Shown here: positions 1-9,222 of the stretch, one piece after another
Position numbering within the stretch: the first letter of the stretch is position 1
Layout: every line of letters begins with the position of its first letter
NCBI GenBank assembly: GCA_003173855.1
Contig: PPGI01000008.1
Location: 10,119 to 74,118 of the forward strand
Reading direction: 5' to 3'
Origin: Candidatus Zambryskiibacteriota bacterium
Lineage (GTDB): Bacteria > Patescibacteriota > Minisyncoccia > Phycocordibacterales > DATDWN01
Length of the DNA: 64,000 nucleotides
The notes under the pieces: model-generated
Seen by the model: the letters and a program-made list of their open reading frames with translations, nothing else
What the model was told of the DNA's origin: nothing
Database searches by the model: none
Made by a program: the position numbers and the translations under genes

Positions 1-201
1 AAGACCGCCAGTGAAATTTCAAAGGCTTCCACGTTGGGCGAAGTAACTAAGTCCAGAGAGTGGTGCGGAAAAAGTTTTGCAATTACAGTCGTGTCTGCCT
101 GAGCTGTTCTTTCACCTGGTTCTATATGGAACCCCATCCATCGCTTGCTTGGAGGAGCAAGCGATTTTTATTTGTATGACTCGAAATCAAAAACCATTAT
201 G

Positions 202-230
202 TTGCAATATTGGCAATGATGTAATAGTAT
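202..230 (+). promoter_or_regulatory. sigma70-type promoter of rpsL (near-leaderless)
   Basis: TTGCAA 202-207, 17-nt spacer, TAGTAT 225-230; ATG at 240. Confidence 0.65.
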
Positions 231-239
231 ATCGAAGCA

Positions 240-650
240 ATGTCAACAATTAATCAGTTGGTACGACGAAATAGAAGCAAGGCGCGACCAAAGCCGAAAG
301 CCGTGGCCTTGACTCGCGGATTCAATAACCTGACTAACCGTCCGGTGTTTTATCCATCTCCATTTAAACGAGGAGTTTGCACAAAAGTAACTACAAAAAC
401 TCCAAAGAAACCTAACTCTGCTATTCGAAAAATTGCGCGTGTCAGATTAACAAACGGCATGGAAGTTACCGCATATATTCCTGGAATGGGCCACTCACTT
501 CAGGAACACTCTGTAGTTTTGCTTCGAGGAGGTAAAGTAAAAGATGTTGGTATTCGATACACTATTGTTCGAGGCAAACTTGATGCAACTGGAGTAGAAA
601 ATCGAAAAAAAGGTAGATCAATGTATGGTGCTAAAAGATCTAAGAAATAA
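240..650 (+). CDS. rpsL: 30S ribosomal protein S12
   Basis: [32 protein letters not shown] motifs. Confidence 0.99.
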   Translation: MSTINQLVRRNRSKARPKPKAVALTRGFNNLTNRPVFYPSPFKRGVCTKVTTKTPKKPNSAIRKIARVRLTNGMEVTAYIPGMGHSLQEHSVVLLRGGKVKDVGIRYTIVRGKLDATGVENRKKGRSMYGAKRSKK

Positions 651-652
651 TT

Positions 653-1120
653 ATGCGAAGAAAAGTTAAAAATCGAAATATTGTATCTCCTGACTTTAAA
701 TACGACTCAGCAAAAGTCTCTAAATTTATTAACTACGTAATGCAACGTGGGCAGAAAGAAACTGCAAGAAAAATTGTTTACTCTGCATTTAATGAAATAA
801 AAGAAAAAACGTCAGCAGAACCAATGGAAATTTTTGATGCTGCTCTTAAAAATACAGGACCAATGACTGAAGTCAGATCACGAAGAGTTGGTGGTGCAAA
901 CTATCAGATCCCTAGAGAGGTGAGACCTGAAAGACGATCATTTCTTTCGATGAAATGGATTATTGAAGCTGCACGAGAAGCAAAAGGAAAACCAATGGCA
1001 GAAAAGTTGGCTGACGAAATAATTCTAGCTTCAAAAAACGAAGGTAAGGCTGTTAAAAAGAGAGAGGATACTCATAAGATGGCTGAAGCCAACAAAGCCT
1101 TCGCGCACTTCGCCTGGTAG
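653..1120 (+). CDS. rpsG: 30S ribosomal protein S7
   Basis: RRVGGANYQIP, HKMAEANKAFAHF. Confidence 0.99.
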   Translation: MRRKVKNRNIVSPDFKYDSAKVSKFINYVMQRGQKETARKIVYSAFNEIKEKTSAEPMEIFDAALKNTGPMTEVRSRRVGGANYQIPREVRPERRSFLSMKWIIEAAREAKGKPMAEKLADEIILASKNEGKAVKKREDTHKMAEANKAFAHFAW

Positions 1121-1180
1121 TTTTGTTTCTAAAAAGGCTCGACGAACATTAGTTCATCGAGCCAATTTTGTGGAAGACAT

Positions 1181-1402
1181 TTAGACCATCTCAAAATCTG
1201 CAGGGTCGAGAGGCTCAGTTTCTCTCCCGACATAGAGATGAGAGACTTCTCCATTCTGCAGGTCGCATTCGTTGATCTCGATTTTTTCTCCTGATTCCTT
1301 GTTTCTCACAGTTATTGGTCTCAAGAGTTCAATACGAAAGTTTGGCTTGCCCTTAACCTTCAACAGGCCGCCGGCTTTTTTTATCAAGTCAATTTCTGTC
1401 AT
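1181..1402 (-). CDS. small hypothetical protein inserted between rpsG and fusA
   Basis: 73-aa ORF, GGAGGT SD upstream, shared hairpin 1136-1163 downstream. Confidence 0.7.
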   Translation of the reverse strand: MTEIDLIKKAGGLLKVKGKPNFRIELLRPITVRNKESGEKIEINECDLQNGEVSHLYVGRETEPLDPADFEMV

Positions 1403-1507
1403 ATAACCTCCACAGTATTTTTATCATTGAAAGTACGTAATTGCAACGAAAGGGCTTTTAGTATATAGTTTGACTATTCCGTTTCGGAAATTTTTTTTAC
1501 TTAAAAT

Positions 1508-3649
1508 ATGAATCGCGACTACACATTAGAAAAAGTCAGAAATTTCGGAATTATTGCCCATATTGATGCTGGTAAAACGACGACTTCAGAACGTGTGCTT
1601 TTTTATACTGGAATGACTCACAAAATCGGAGAAGTGCACGAAGGTGAAACTGTTACTGATTGGATGGAGCAGGAGCGAGAGCGAGGCATCACCATTACGG
1701 CTGCTGCCATTACTTGTTTTTGGAATCCGACCTATATGGCAAAGGGGGCAAAGCCAGAATACCGATTTAATATTATTGATACTCCTGGACACATCGACTT
1801 TACTGCTGAAGTAAAGAGATCACTCCGAGTTCTTGACGGTGCTGTTGTAGTTTTTGATGGAGTTGCGGGAGTTGAACCACAATCAGAAACTAACTGGCGA
1901 TATGCCGATGACGGGAATGTGCCTCGAATTTGTTTTATTAACAAACTTGATCGTACAGGAGCTTCATTTGAAAGATCATATGCTTCGATTCTCGATCGTC
2001 TTACAAAAAATGCTGTCCGAGTTCAAATTCCGATTGGCCTAGAAGACAAACACGAAGGAGTGATTGATCTTTTGAAAATGAAAGCTTTTTATTTTGAGGG
2101 AAATATGGGAATGGCAATTCGCGAAGCAGAAATTCCACCAGAACTTGTTGATGATGCTAAAAAATTCCGAGGAGAATTGATTGAAAAAATTGTCGAACAA
2201 GATGACAGCTTAATGTCTGCATATCTTGAAGGCAAGGAACCAACTTTGGATGAATTAAAAACAACCCTTCGCAAGGCAACTCTTGCAGTAAAACTTGTAC
2301 CAGTTTTTGCAGGTAGTGCTTTAAAAAATAAAGGAGTTCAGCTTGTGCTCGATGGTGTTGTTGATTATCTACCTTCTCCACTTGATATTCCTCCAGTTCA
2401 CGGTATTGATCCGAAAACAGGTGAAGAAATTTTCCGTTCTGCCTCTGACACTGAGCCTTTCTCAGCTTTGGCATTCAAACTTCAGAATGATCCATTCGTC
2501 GGACAATTAACTTTCTTTAGAGTTTATTCTGGAACAATTGAAGCAGGTACTTATGTATATAACGCAACTACAAGTGAAAAAGAACGCCTTGGACGTATTG
2601 TTAGATTGCAAGCTGACAAGCGAGAAGAAGTGAAAAAAGTTTTTGCAGGAGAAATTGCTGCCGCTGTCGGATTAAAATCAGCAAAGACATCTCACACACT
2701 TTGTGATGAAAATAATCCAATTATTTTGGATCCGATTAAATTCGTTGATCCAGTTGTCTCTCTTAGAATTGAGCCAAAAACAAAAGCCGACCAGGAAAAA
2801 ATGGGTATGGCTTTGAAAAAACTTTCTGACGAAGATCCAACTTTTAAAATTTCTTCAAACTCTGACACAGGCGAGTCAATTATTTCTGGAATGGGTGAAT
2901 TACACTTGGAAATCATGGTTGATCGAATGAAGCGCGAATTCGGCGTTGAAGTAAATGTTGGCAAACCTCAAGTTGCATATCGTGAGACAATTCTTGGAAC
3001 TGCTGATGCAGAAAATAAGTACATCAAGCAAACTGGTGGAAAAGGCCAATATGGTCACGTAAAGATTACTCTTAAGCCAATGGAAAAACTGGAGGAAGGT
3101 GCAAAAATTCCTAAAAATGTTAAACGCTATGAAGATTTTGAATTCATTGATTCGATTAAAGGAGGTGTTATTCCACAAGAATTTATTCCAGCAGTTGAAA
3201 AGGGAGTTCATGAAGCAATGGATCGTGGAATTGTGGCTGGATACAAAATGGTCAATGTTTCTTGTGAACTGACTTTCGGTTCATATCATGATGTCGACTC
3301 ATCTGAAATCGCTTACAAAATTGCAGCTTCTCAGGCTTTCCAAGATGCAGCAAAGCGAGCAAAACCTGTTATTTTAGAGCCTATTATGAAAGTTGAAGCA
3401 GTTATGCCAGAGCAATTCATGGGAGATGTTACCGGTTCACTTTCAGGAAAGCGCGGACAAATCGAAGGAATGGATGAGAGGGGAATGCTTCGCGTAATTC
3501 ATGCAAAAGTTCCGCTTTCTGAAATGTTTGGATACACAACTGATATTCGATCAATGACACAAGGACGCGGTTCGGTGATGATGGAGTTTGATCATTACGA
3601 AGTGGTGCCATCTAACGTTGAGAAGCAAATTGTAGAGTCACGGAAATAA
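1508..3649 (+). CDS. fusA: elongation factor G
   Basis: AHIDAGKTT, RGITI, DTPGH, NKLD, GMGELHLE motifs. Confidence 0.99.
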   Translation: MNRDYTLEKVRNFGIIAHIDAGKTTTSERVLFYTGMTHKIGEVHEGETVTDWMEQERERGITITAAAITCFWNPTYMAKGAKPEYRFNIIDTPGHIDFTAEVKRSLRVLDGAVVVFDGVAGVEPQSETNWRYADDGNVPRICFINKLDRTGASFERSYASILDRLTKNAVRVQIPIGLEDKHEGVIDLLKMKAFYFEGNMGMAIREAEIPPELVDDAKKFRGELIEKIVEQDDSLMSAYLEGKEPTLDELKTTLRKATLAVKLVPVFAGSALKNKGVQLVLDGVVDYLPSPLDIPPVHGIDPKTGEEIFRSASDTEPFSALAFKLQNDPFVGQLTFFRVYSGTIEAGTYVYNATTSEKERLGRIVRLQADKREEVKKVFAGEIAAAVGLKSAKTSHTLCDENNPIILDPIKFVDPVVSLRIEPKTKADQEKMGMALKKLSDEDPTFKISSNSDTGESIISGMGELHLEIMVDRMKREFGVEVNVGKPQVAYRETILGTADAENKYIKQTGGKGQYGHVKITLKPMEKLEEGAKIPKNVKRYEDFEFIDSIKGGVIPQEFIPAVEKGVHEAMDRGIVAGYKMVNVSCELTFGSYHDVDSSEIAYKIAASQAFQDAAKRAKPVILEPIMKVEAVMPEQFMGDVTGSLSGKRGQIEGMDERGMLRVIHAKVPLSEMFGYTTDIRSMTQGRGSVMMEFDHYEVVPSNVEKQIVESRK

Positions 3650-3818
3650 TTTCTTACTCACTGCATTTCTCGAAGAGACCGTTTCGCTCCGCCAGCGCTA
3701 CGCTCACTAGTTCTCGGCTTTCCGACTTGTCAATGAGCCAGCAAGCTGGACGTTGACAAGACCGAGCTCTCGGCCTGCGAAGTCTCTCCTCGAAACGCAG
3801 TTCGACGAAATTATTTTC
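3643..3818 (+). repeat. long hairpin repeat, family B copy 1
   Basis: Core 3673-3787 matches the reverse complement of 51780-51895 with 3 differences; self-complementary outer arms. Confidence 0.9.
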
Positions 3819-3899
3819 TTGCTTTTTCATCTTTTAATTTGGGGAAAAGTTGGGCAAAACTTAGCTATTTGCATAAAATTTAAATGATATAATTTATGC

Positions 3900-5132
3900 A
3901 TGAGTACTTCTGTTGCCGAACAAGGTGTCGGTAGAAAAGATAATTATTTAGATATTTTGCATAGGCAGGCTGATGGCCCAGAGTACAAAATTCCTATTAA
4001 GAAAATTGATTTTCGTACGTTACGCAAGCCGACAGATATTGATCCTTTACCTCAAGAAAAAGAAGCCATATCTCCAGAAGAGAAATCAGGAGTAATTTTT
4101 GAAAGTACAGTTTCAAGTCAAAGTTATAAAACACCAAACAAATTAATTGAATATATAAATATTTTAATAAAAGAGAATAGACCTCTCAAAGGTCTGCGGT
4201 GGGATATAGAAGAAGCAAAGTCGCTTGATGAAATAGTCAGTCGACTAACAAAAACAAATTTATTGTCGAAAGAAGAATGTGATGAAGCTATTTCATGCTG
4301 CCAATATCCCAATAAAGAAATTAAATTACATGTTGCATATACTGATCCACATCATGAAAGCACAGATCTGACTTTAGCAAGAAAAGAATACGTTGAAGCA
4401 CTCGTTCCATATTTAAAGAAACTTGAAGAGAAAAAAATTTCTTATCGAAAATTGATGCAAGGTCTCGGTGCTCAAAAAGACATGCCTTTGCCAGGTGAAC
4501 CCAAGGAGCTTGTTAATGCACGAAATGATTATTATAAGGCTAGGAATAAAGATAAAAAATCAAGTGGCCAAATTGAAAAAATCTACGATATCATGGAAGT
4601 TTCAAATCTTCGCCAAGAGATTCTCGCTCTCCAAAGTGAAAGGACGCAAATCTTTATTGATAGAGCAAATAAAAAATGGGAAAAAATTTCAAGAATTGAT
4701 AATGTAAATGTTCTCACAGCATTACTTAGCGATCTAACTTTTTTGTCATATGTTCCTCCAAAAGATGAAAATTATGTTGGTCTTCGTCCAGAAAAAATAA
4801 ATATTCAAGAAGTTATAGAAGAAAAACCTGTTGAAACCAAATCAGAAGTAGTAGAAGAAAAACAAGAGCCAAAGGCAGATCATGCTATTCAGATTTCAAA
4901 TCTGACATTTGATGACAAACCTCTTCAAGTTATTCTAAATACAGATGCCGAACCACAAACTATTCAAGTAATATTTAATGATAATGAAATTGCTTCTGGT
5001 ACGTTGACAAGGAAGGGGCCAAGTATTAAAGTTCATTCCCGTTATAAAGCAGGATTCCTATTGGCAAAGACCATGGAAGAAAAAGCTTTTGAAAACGCGA
5101 ATTCTCTTATAATCAAGAATTTCAAAATCTAA
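3900..5132 (+). CDS. hypothetical protein
   Basis: 410-aa ORF with host-like composition; TATAAT 6 nt before ATG. Confidence 0.85.
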   Translation: MSTSVAEQGVGRKDNYLDILHRQADGPEYKIPIKKIDFRTLRKPTDIDPLPQEKEAISPEEKSGVIFESTVSSQSYKTPNKLIEYINILIKENRPLKGLRWDIEEAKSLDEIVSRLTKTNLLSKEECDEAISCCQYPNKEIKLHVAYTDPHHESTDLTLARKEYVEALVPYLKKLEEKKISYRKLMQGLGAQKDMPLPGEPKELVNARNDYYKARNKDKKSSGQIEKIYDIMEVSNLRQEILALQSERTQIFIDRANKKWEKISRIDNVNVLTALLSDLTFLSYVPPKDENYVGLRPEKINIQEVIEEKPVETKSEVVEEKQEPKADHAIQISNLTFDDKPLQVILNTDAEPQTIQVIFNDNEIASGTLTRKGPSIKVHSRYKAGFLLAKTMEEKAFENANSLIIKNFKI

Positions 5133-5428
5133 TGAATATTTTATCAAAGGATATAGTTAAAGAATGGAATATATCCAGTTTGCCGGAAGCAAAACAACAA
5201 GAAATGATTGATCGCATTGGTCGCATAATGTACCAAGCGATTTTGGTGAAATCTTTGGATATTCTTTCTCAAGATGAACAAGATGAACTCGATCAATTAC
5301 TCAATGTTGATTCAACAACTCCACAAGAAGTTTTATTGTTTTTGAAATCAAAAATTCCGACATTTGAACAGTTGGTAATAGAGGAGAGAAAAAATCTAAA
5401 AGAAGATTTGGTTATCGAAAACATCTAA
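5132..5428 (+). CDS. small helical hypothetical protein (DUF5663-like)
   Basis: 98-aa ORF coupled to upstream stop; resembles a common CPR family (from memory). Confidence 0.75.
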   Translation: MNILSKDIVKEWNISSLPEAKQQEMIDRIGRIMYQAILVKSLDILSQDEQDELDQLLNVDSTTPQEVLLFLKSKIPTFEQLVIEERKNLKEDLVIENI

Positions 5429-5431
5429 GGC

Positions 5432-5460
5432 TTGACAGATATTCGCACTTTGTCTACTAT
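5432..5460 (+). promoter_or_regulatory. tuf promoter
   Basis: TTGACA-17-TACTAT. Confidence 0.7.
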
Positions 5461-5597
5461 TTAATTTGTCGCACAGGCGATTTTTTTAATCGCCTGGAAA
5501 TTCCCAGAATTCAACGATATATAAGTTTCTCGAACGCTGAATTTTTGGAGTTTCCAAAATGGCAAAAGTTTATTATTAGCATTAATTAAAAAATATT

Positions 5598-6794
5598 ATG
5601 GCTGAGTTCGATCGTTCAAAGCCACATGTGAATGTGGGAACAATTGGTCACGTTGACCACGGTAAGACAACATTAACAGCAGCAATTTTGACTGTACTTG
5701 GACGCGCAGGCCAAGGCTTCGGCGCAAAAGTAAAAGGAGTTGATCAAATTGACTCTGCTCCTGAAGAAAAAGCACGAGGAATTACTATCGCGCTTTCTCA
5801 CAATGAGTACGAGACACCTACAAGACACTACGCTCACGTAGATGCTCCTGGACACGCTGACTATATTAAAAACATGATCACTGGTGCCGCTCAGATGGAC
5901 GGTGCAGTATTGGTAGTTGCCGCAACAGACGGTGTTATGCCTCAAACACGAGAGCACGTACTTTTGGCAAAACAAGTTGGTGTGCCAAAGATTATCGTTT
6001 TCCTAAACAAATGCGATATGGTGCCTGACAAAGAACTCATTGATTTGGTTGAGGAGGAAGTTCGAGAGCTCCTTACAAAACAAGGTTTCGATGGTGCAGG
6101 TGCTCCAGTTATTCGAGGTTCAGGTCTTAAAGCTCTTGAGTCAAAAGACAATAATGACGAATGGGCAGCAAAAATTCTAGAACTTGCAAACGCATTGGAT
6201 ACTTATTTCCCAATTCCAGAGAGAGATCTTGAAAAGCCATTCCTTATGCCAGTTGAAGACATTTTCTCAATCGAAGGACGAGGAACTGTGGTAACTGGAA
6301 GAATTGAACGAGGAATCGTAAAAGTTGGTGAAGAAGTAGAGTGTATTGGTTTGAAAGATACAGCAAAATACACTGTTACTGGTATTGAAATGTTCAACAA
6401 ATCACTTCAAGAAGGCCAGGCTGGAGACAACGCTGGAATTCTTCTTCGAGGTGCTAAAAAAGAAGACATTCATCGAGGACAAGTTTTGGCAAAGCCAAAG
6501 ACTGTAACTCCTCACACAGAATTTATGGCAGAAGTTTACATTCTAAAGAAAGAAGAAGGTGGACGACACACAGCATTCGTTACAGGTTACAAACCACAAT
6601 TCTACATTCGAACTACAGACGTAACAGGAGAAGTTTCTCTAAACGAAGGTGTTGAAATGGTTATGCCAGGAGACACAGTTACTTTCAAAGTTAAACTTGT
6701 TGCTCCAGTTGCTCTAGAAGAGAAGACTCGATTTGCGATCCGCGAGGGTGGTAAGACAGTCGGCGCAGGAGTTGTAACAAAAATCCTCGCTTAG
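5598..6794 (+). CDS. tuf: elongation factor Tu
   Basis: [36 protein letters not shown]. Confidence 0.99.
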   Translation: MAEFDRSKPHVNVGTIGHVDHGKTTLTAAILTVLGRAGQGFGAKVKGVDQIDSAPEEKARGITIALSHNEYETPTRHYAHVDAPGHADYIKNMITGAAQMDGAVLVVAATDGVMPQTREHVLLAKQVGVPKIIVFLNKCDMVPDKELIDLVEEEVRELLTKQGFDGAGAPVIRGSGLKALESKDNNDEWAAKILELANALDTYFPIPERDLEKPFLMPVEDIFSIEGRGTVVTGRIERGIVKVGEEVECIGLKDTAKYTVTGIEMFNKSLQEGQAGDNAGILLRGAKKEDIHRGQVLAKPKTVTPHTEFMAEVYILKKEEGGRHTAFVTGYKPQFYIRTTDVTGEVSLNEGVEMVMPGDTVTFKVKLVAPVALEEKTRFAIREGGKTVGAGVVTKILA

Positions 6795-6919
6795 TAAACT
6801 TCCAAATTTAGCGATCTCCTTGTTTCGAGTTTGAAAATGTTCGTCACTTTACTACTTGTAAAGCTTCTCACATTTTCAAACTCTCAACTTCGGATCTCAT
6901 CTAAATTCTGAAAGTTTAG
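6795..6919 (+). repeat. rod-like hairpin, family A copy 1
   Basis: Starts right after tuf stop; apical TCACTTTAC-tactt-GTAAAGCT; arms TAAACTT...AAGTTTA. Confidence 0.8.
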
Positions 6920-7022
6920 AAAAATACCGCACTCGCGGTATTTTTTCCCTTACAGGGACTGTACACCTTTCGCACATAACAGTGCTCAAGGTCTTGCGAA
7001 GCTTCGCTTCTCACGCCTAACA

Positions 7023-7051
7023 TTGCATTCAAAATTGAAATTTTTTATAAT
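7023..7051 (+). promoter_or_regulatory. promoter of orphan structured RNA
   Basis: TTGCAT-17-TATAAT. Confidence 0.7.
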
Positions 7052-7056
7052 ACTAA

Positions 7057-7248
7057 ATGGAGCAGTCGACACACAACCACGCTGAAGTAAGCGAAACGGC
7101 ACTATGAAACGAGATCTCGGCCTCCGGAAGTTTCAAGCCAGCAAAGCGTGTGTGGGAGAGCAGCGAATCTGCTCGTTACATACCTCACAGTAGGCACGCA
7201 CCCCATGTGTCGGGGACTCGTTGAGAGCCGCAGTAGTGACTTCTCCAT
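7057..7248 (+). ncRNA. candidate structured ncRNA of unknown class
   Basis: 5' ATGGAG-C-AGTC pairs with 3' GACT-T-CTCCAT; internal stems; GC-rich; own promoter and terminator; no long ORF. Confidence 0.55.
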
Positions 7249-7251
7249 CGT

Positions 7252-7299
7252 CCGCATCGGTAGAAAACCAAATCGGTTTCTCCGAGGCGGTTTTCTTTT
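7252..7299 (+). terminator. intrinsic terminator
   Basis: CCGCATCGGTAGAAAACC...GGTTTCTCCGAGGCGG followed by TTTTCTTTT. Confidence 0.7.
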
Positions 7300-7303
7300 A
7301 TAC

Positions 7304-7344
7304 TTTACCCCGTACTGAGCTTTGCTCTAGTACTGGGGTTGAAC
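7304..7344 (+). repeat. CCCG...GGGG palindromic element supplying the rpsJ -35
   Basis: TTTACCCCGTACT-GAGC-ttt-GCTC-TAGTACTGGGGTTGAAC; TTGAAC 7339-7344, 17 nt, TAGTAT 7362-7367. Confidence 0.6.
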
Positions 7345-7378
7345 AAAATTTAAATCTCTGTTAGTATCGAGCTTACAA

Positions 7379-7807
7379 ATGCCAACAGCAAAAAAGGAAC
7401 CAAAAGCAAAAAAAGCAGCAGCTCCTAAAAAAACTGCAGCAAAAACTCCTGCAAAAGCTGCTGCTCCAAAGGTTACAAAAGCTAAAGCAGCTCAAGATGT
7501 TATTTCAAAGCTACGAATCCGAGTTCGAGCTTACGAATACAAAATCTTAGATCTTTCAGTAAAACAAATTATCGATACAGCACTTCGATATGATGCAAAA
7601 GTTGAAGGCCCTATTCCACTTCCAACAGAACACAAAAAATATACTGTAAACCGATCATCATTCGTTTACAAAAATGCTAGGGAACAATTTGAAATGAGAA
7701 TTCACAAGCGATTGATTGATATTTTAAATCCTACACCAAAAATCATGGAGGCTCTTACAAATATGTCTTTGCCTAGCGGAGTTAACATCGACGTAAAAAT
7801 AATTTAA
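7379..7807 (+). CDS. rpsJ: 30S ribosomal protein S10 with Lys/Ala-rich N-terminal extension
   Basis: LRIRVRAY, GPIPLPT, REQFEMRIHKRLIDI. Confidence 0.98.
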   Translation: MPTAKKEPKAKKAAAPKKTAAKTPAKAAAPKVTKAKAAQDVISKLRIRVRAYEYKILDLSVKQIIDTALRYDAKVEGPIPLPTEHKKYTVNRSSFVYKNAREQFEMRIHKRLIDILNPTPKIMEALTNMSLPSGVNIDVKII

Positions 7808-7843
7808 AGACGAAACCACCTCACGATGAGGTGGTTTTGGTAT

Positions 7844-8110
7844 TCATCGCCATGCAGACATGATGATTTTCTTTCTATGTCTGATAACGATATGGATGAG
7901 AATAAAACAGAGTGTGAGTAGTGACCAGATTGTTACACTAATGTAATCATTCAGATATACGCAAGCAGTTACTCCAGCTCCAACCATTGCTATGTAGGAC
8001 AAAAGAGTTCTTGTTGAATAATATGTACTTTTTTCCCTCCATATTCCGATAAGAGAGATGATGAAAACACAAAGCCAAAATATCCCAAAGGTTCGGAAAA
8101 GGAAAGTCAT
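7844..8110 (-). CDS. small membrane hypothetical protein
   Basis: ATG 8110 preceded by GGAGG and TTGACA-17-TAATCT; three hydrophobic segments. Confidence 0.7.
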   Translation of the reverse strand: MTFLFRTFGIFWLCVFIISLIGIWREKSTYYSTRTLLSYIAMVGAGVTACVYLNDYISVTIWSLLTLCFILIHIVIRHRKKIIMSAWR

Positions 8111-8208
8111 TCTTGCCTCCGCACTTAGATTATTTCTGTTTATAATTAATGTCAATAAATACACTTGTTTTCGGTTTTTCTCTATGGTAGTTTCTTCTGG
8201 GAGGAAAA

Positions 8209-8421
8209 GTGTTTATTGCTTCAAAAAAACCTCATCGTATTGGAGACAAAGGACATGGTGCATATCCAACTTCTGATGGAAAGATTGGAAAAGCCCCATT
8301 TGTTGTTCTTCGAGAAGCTACATTTGAGGATTGGTTGAAACAAGGTCTTGAAGCGGGCTTCTCTGAACAAGAGATGATTTCTAAAAGGTTCACTTATTTT
8401 TATGAGGTAAGTGTGGACTGA
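8209..8421 (+). CDS. small hypothetical protein
   Basis: GTG start with GGAGG SD; hairpin GCCGAGC...GCTCGGC-TTTT right after stop. Confidence 0.65.
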   Translation: MFIASKKPHRIGDKGHGAYPTSDGKIGKAPFVVLREATFEDWLKQGLEAGFSEQEMISKRFTYFYEVSVD

Positions 8422-8453
8422 GCCGAGCAGAAAACGCTCGGCTTTTCTAAAAC

Positions 8454-8580
8454 TTGAACAAAAAATGGTTATCTGCTAGTATGACCGAATCGCATTTGCG
8501 ATTTTTTTAATGGTAGCTAGCGAAGGGCAATGTTGTGACGGATCTCGTCGCATTACTGTCCGCAAACCGCTACCGAGACA
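8454..8580 (+). promoter_or_regulatory. rplC promoter and structured 5' leader
   Basis: TTGAAC-17-TAGTAT; nested stem GGTAGC..GGGCAATG..TGTGACG/CGTCGCA..TTACTGTCC..GCTACC. Confidence 0.55.
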
Positions 8581-8588
8581 AAAATAAC

Positions 8589-9203
8589 ATGGGTAAATTC
8601 ATTTTGGCGACAAAACAAAACATGACACAAATCTTTGACGACAAAGGTTTAGTTCATCCTGTAACAGTTCTAAAAGCTGGCCCAATGACAGTGACACAAG
8701 TTAAAAATACAGCAAAAGACGCTTACAATGCTGTTCAATTTGGATATGGAGCTCGCCGAGAAAAAAATATCTCGAAAGCGCTGAAAGGTCATATGAAAGG
8801 TGGAAACTTTATGCATGTGAAGGAGATGAGAACAGAAGGTGAGAGTGAATTGAAGCTTGGTGATAGTGTTGATGTATCAACATTTTCAGTAGGTGACAAA
8901 GTAACTGTCTCTAGTATTTCAAAAGGAAAAGGTTTTCAAGGAGGTGTTAAGCGACATGGTTTCAAAGGGGGTCCACGATCACACGGTCAAAAACACTCTG
9001 AACGTGAACCAGGATCTCTAGGAGGAGGTGGAAGAGACGGAGGTCGAGTAGCAAAGGGTAAAAGAATGGCAGGTAGGATGGGAGGTGTAAGGATTACATC
9101 AAAGGGTCTTACAGTTGTTTCTGTAAAACCAGAAACAGGAGAAATTTTTATTCGAGGAGCTGTTCCTGGAAGACGGGGAACATTAGTTGAGATCAGAAGT
9201 TAA
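8589..9203 (+). CDS. rplC: 50S ribosomal protein L3
   Basis: MTQIF, SKGKGFQGGVKRHGF, GKRMAGRMG; start moved to ATG 8589. Confidence 0.98.
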   Translation: MGKFILATKQNMTQIFDDKGLVHPVTVLKAGPMTVTQVKNTAKDAYNAVQFGYGARREKNISKALKGHMKGGNFMHVKEMRTEGESELKLGDSVDVSTFSVGDKVTVSSISKGKGFQGGVKRHGFKGGPRSHGQKHSEREPGSLGGGGRDGGRVAKGKRMAGRMGGVRITSKGLTVVSVKPETGEIFIRGAVPGRRGTLVEIRS

Positions 9204-9222
9204 CAGTAAACAGTAATTAGTC

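Noticed and set aside
1-172. Possible ncRNA 3' end at the window start
   Set aside because: Frame 1 is open to a TGA ending at 102, followed by a terminator at ~140-172; truncated, so cannot be separated from an ORF tail
7080-7145. Hammerhead ribozyme or SRP RNA
   Set aside because: CTGAAGT lacks the CUGANGA core and its stems; the CCGGAAG context lacks the SRP CAGG/AGCAG internal loop
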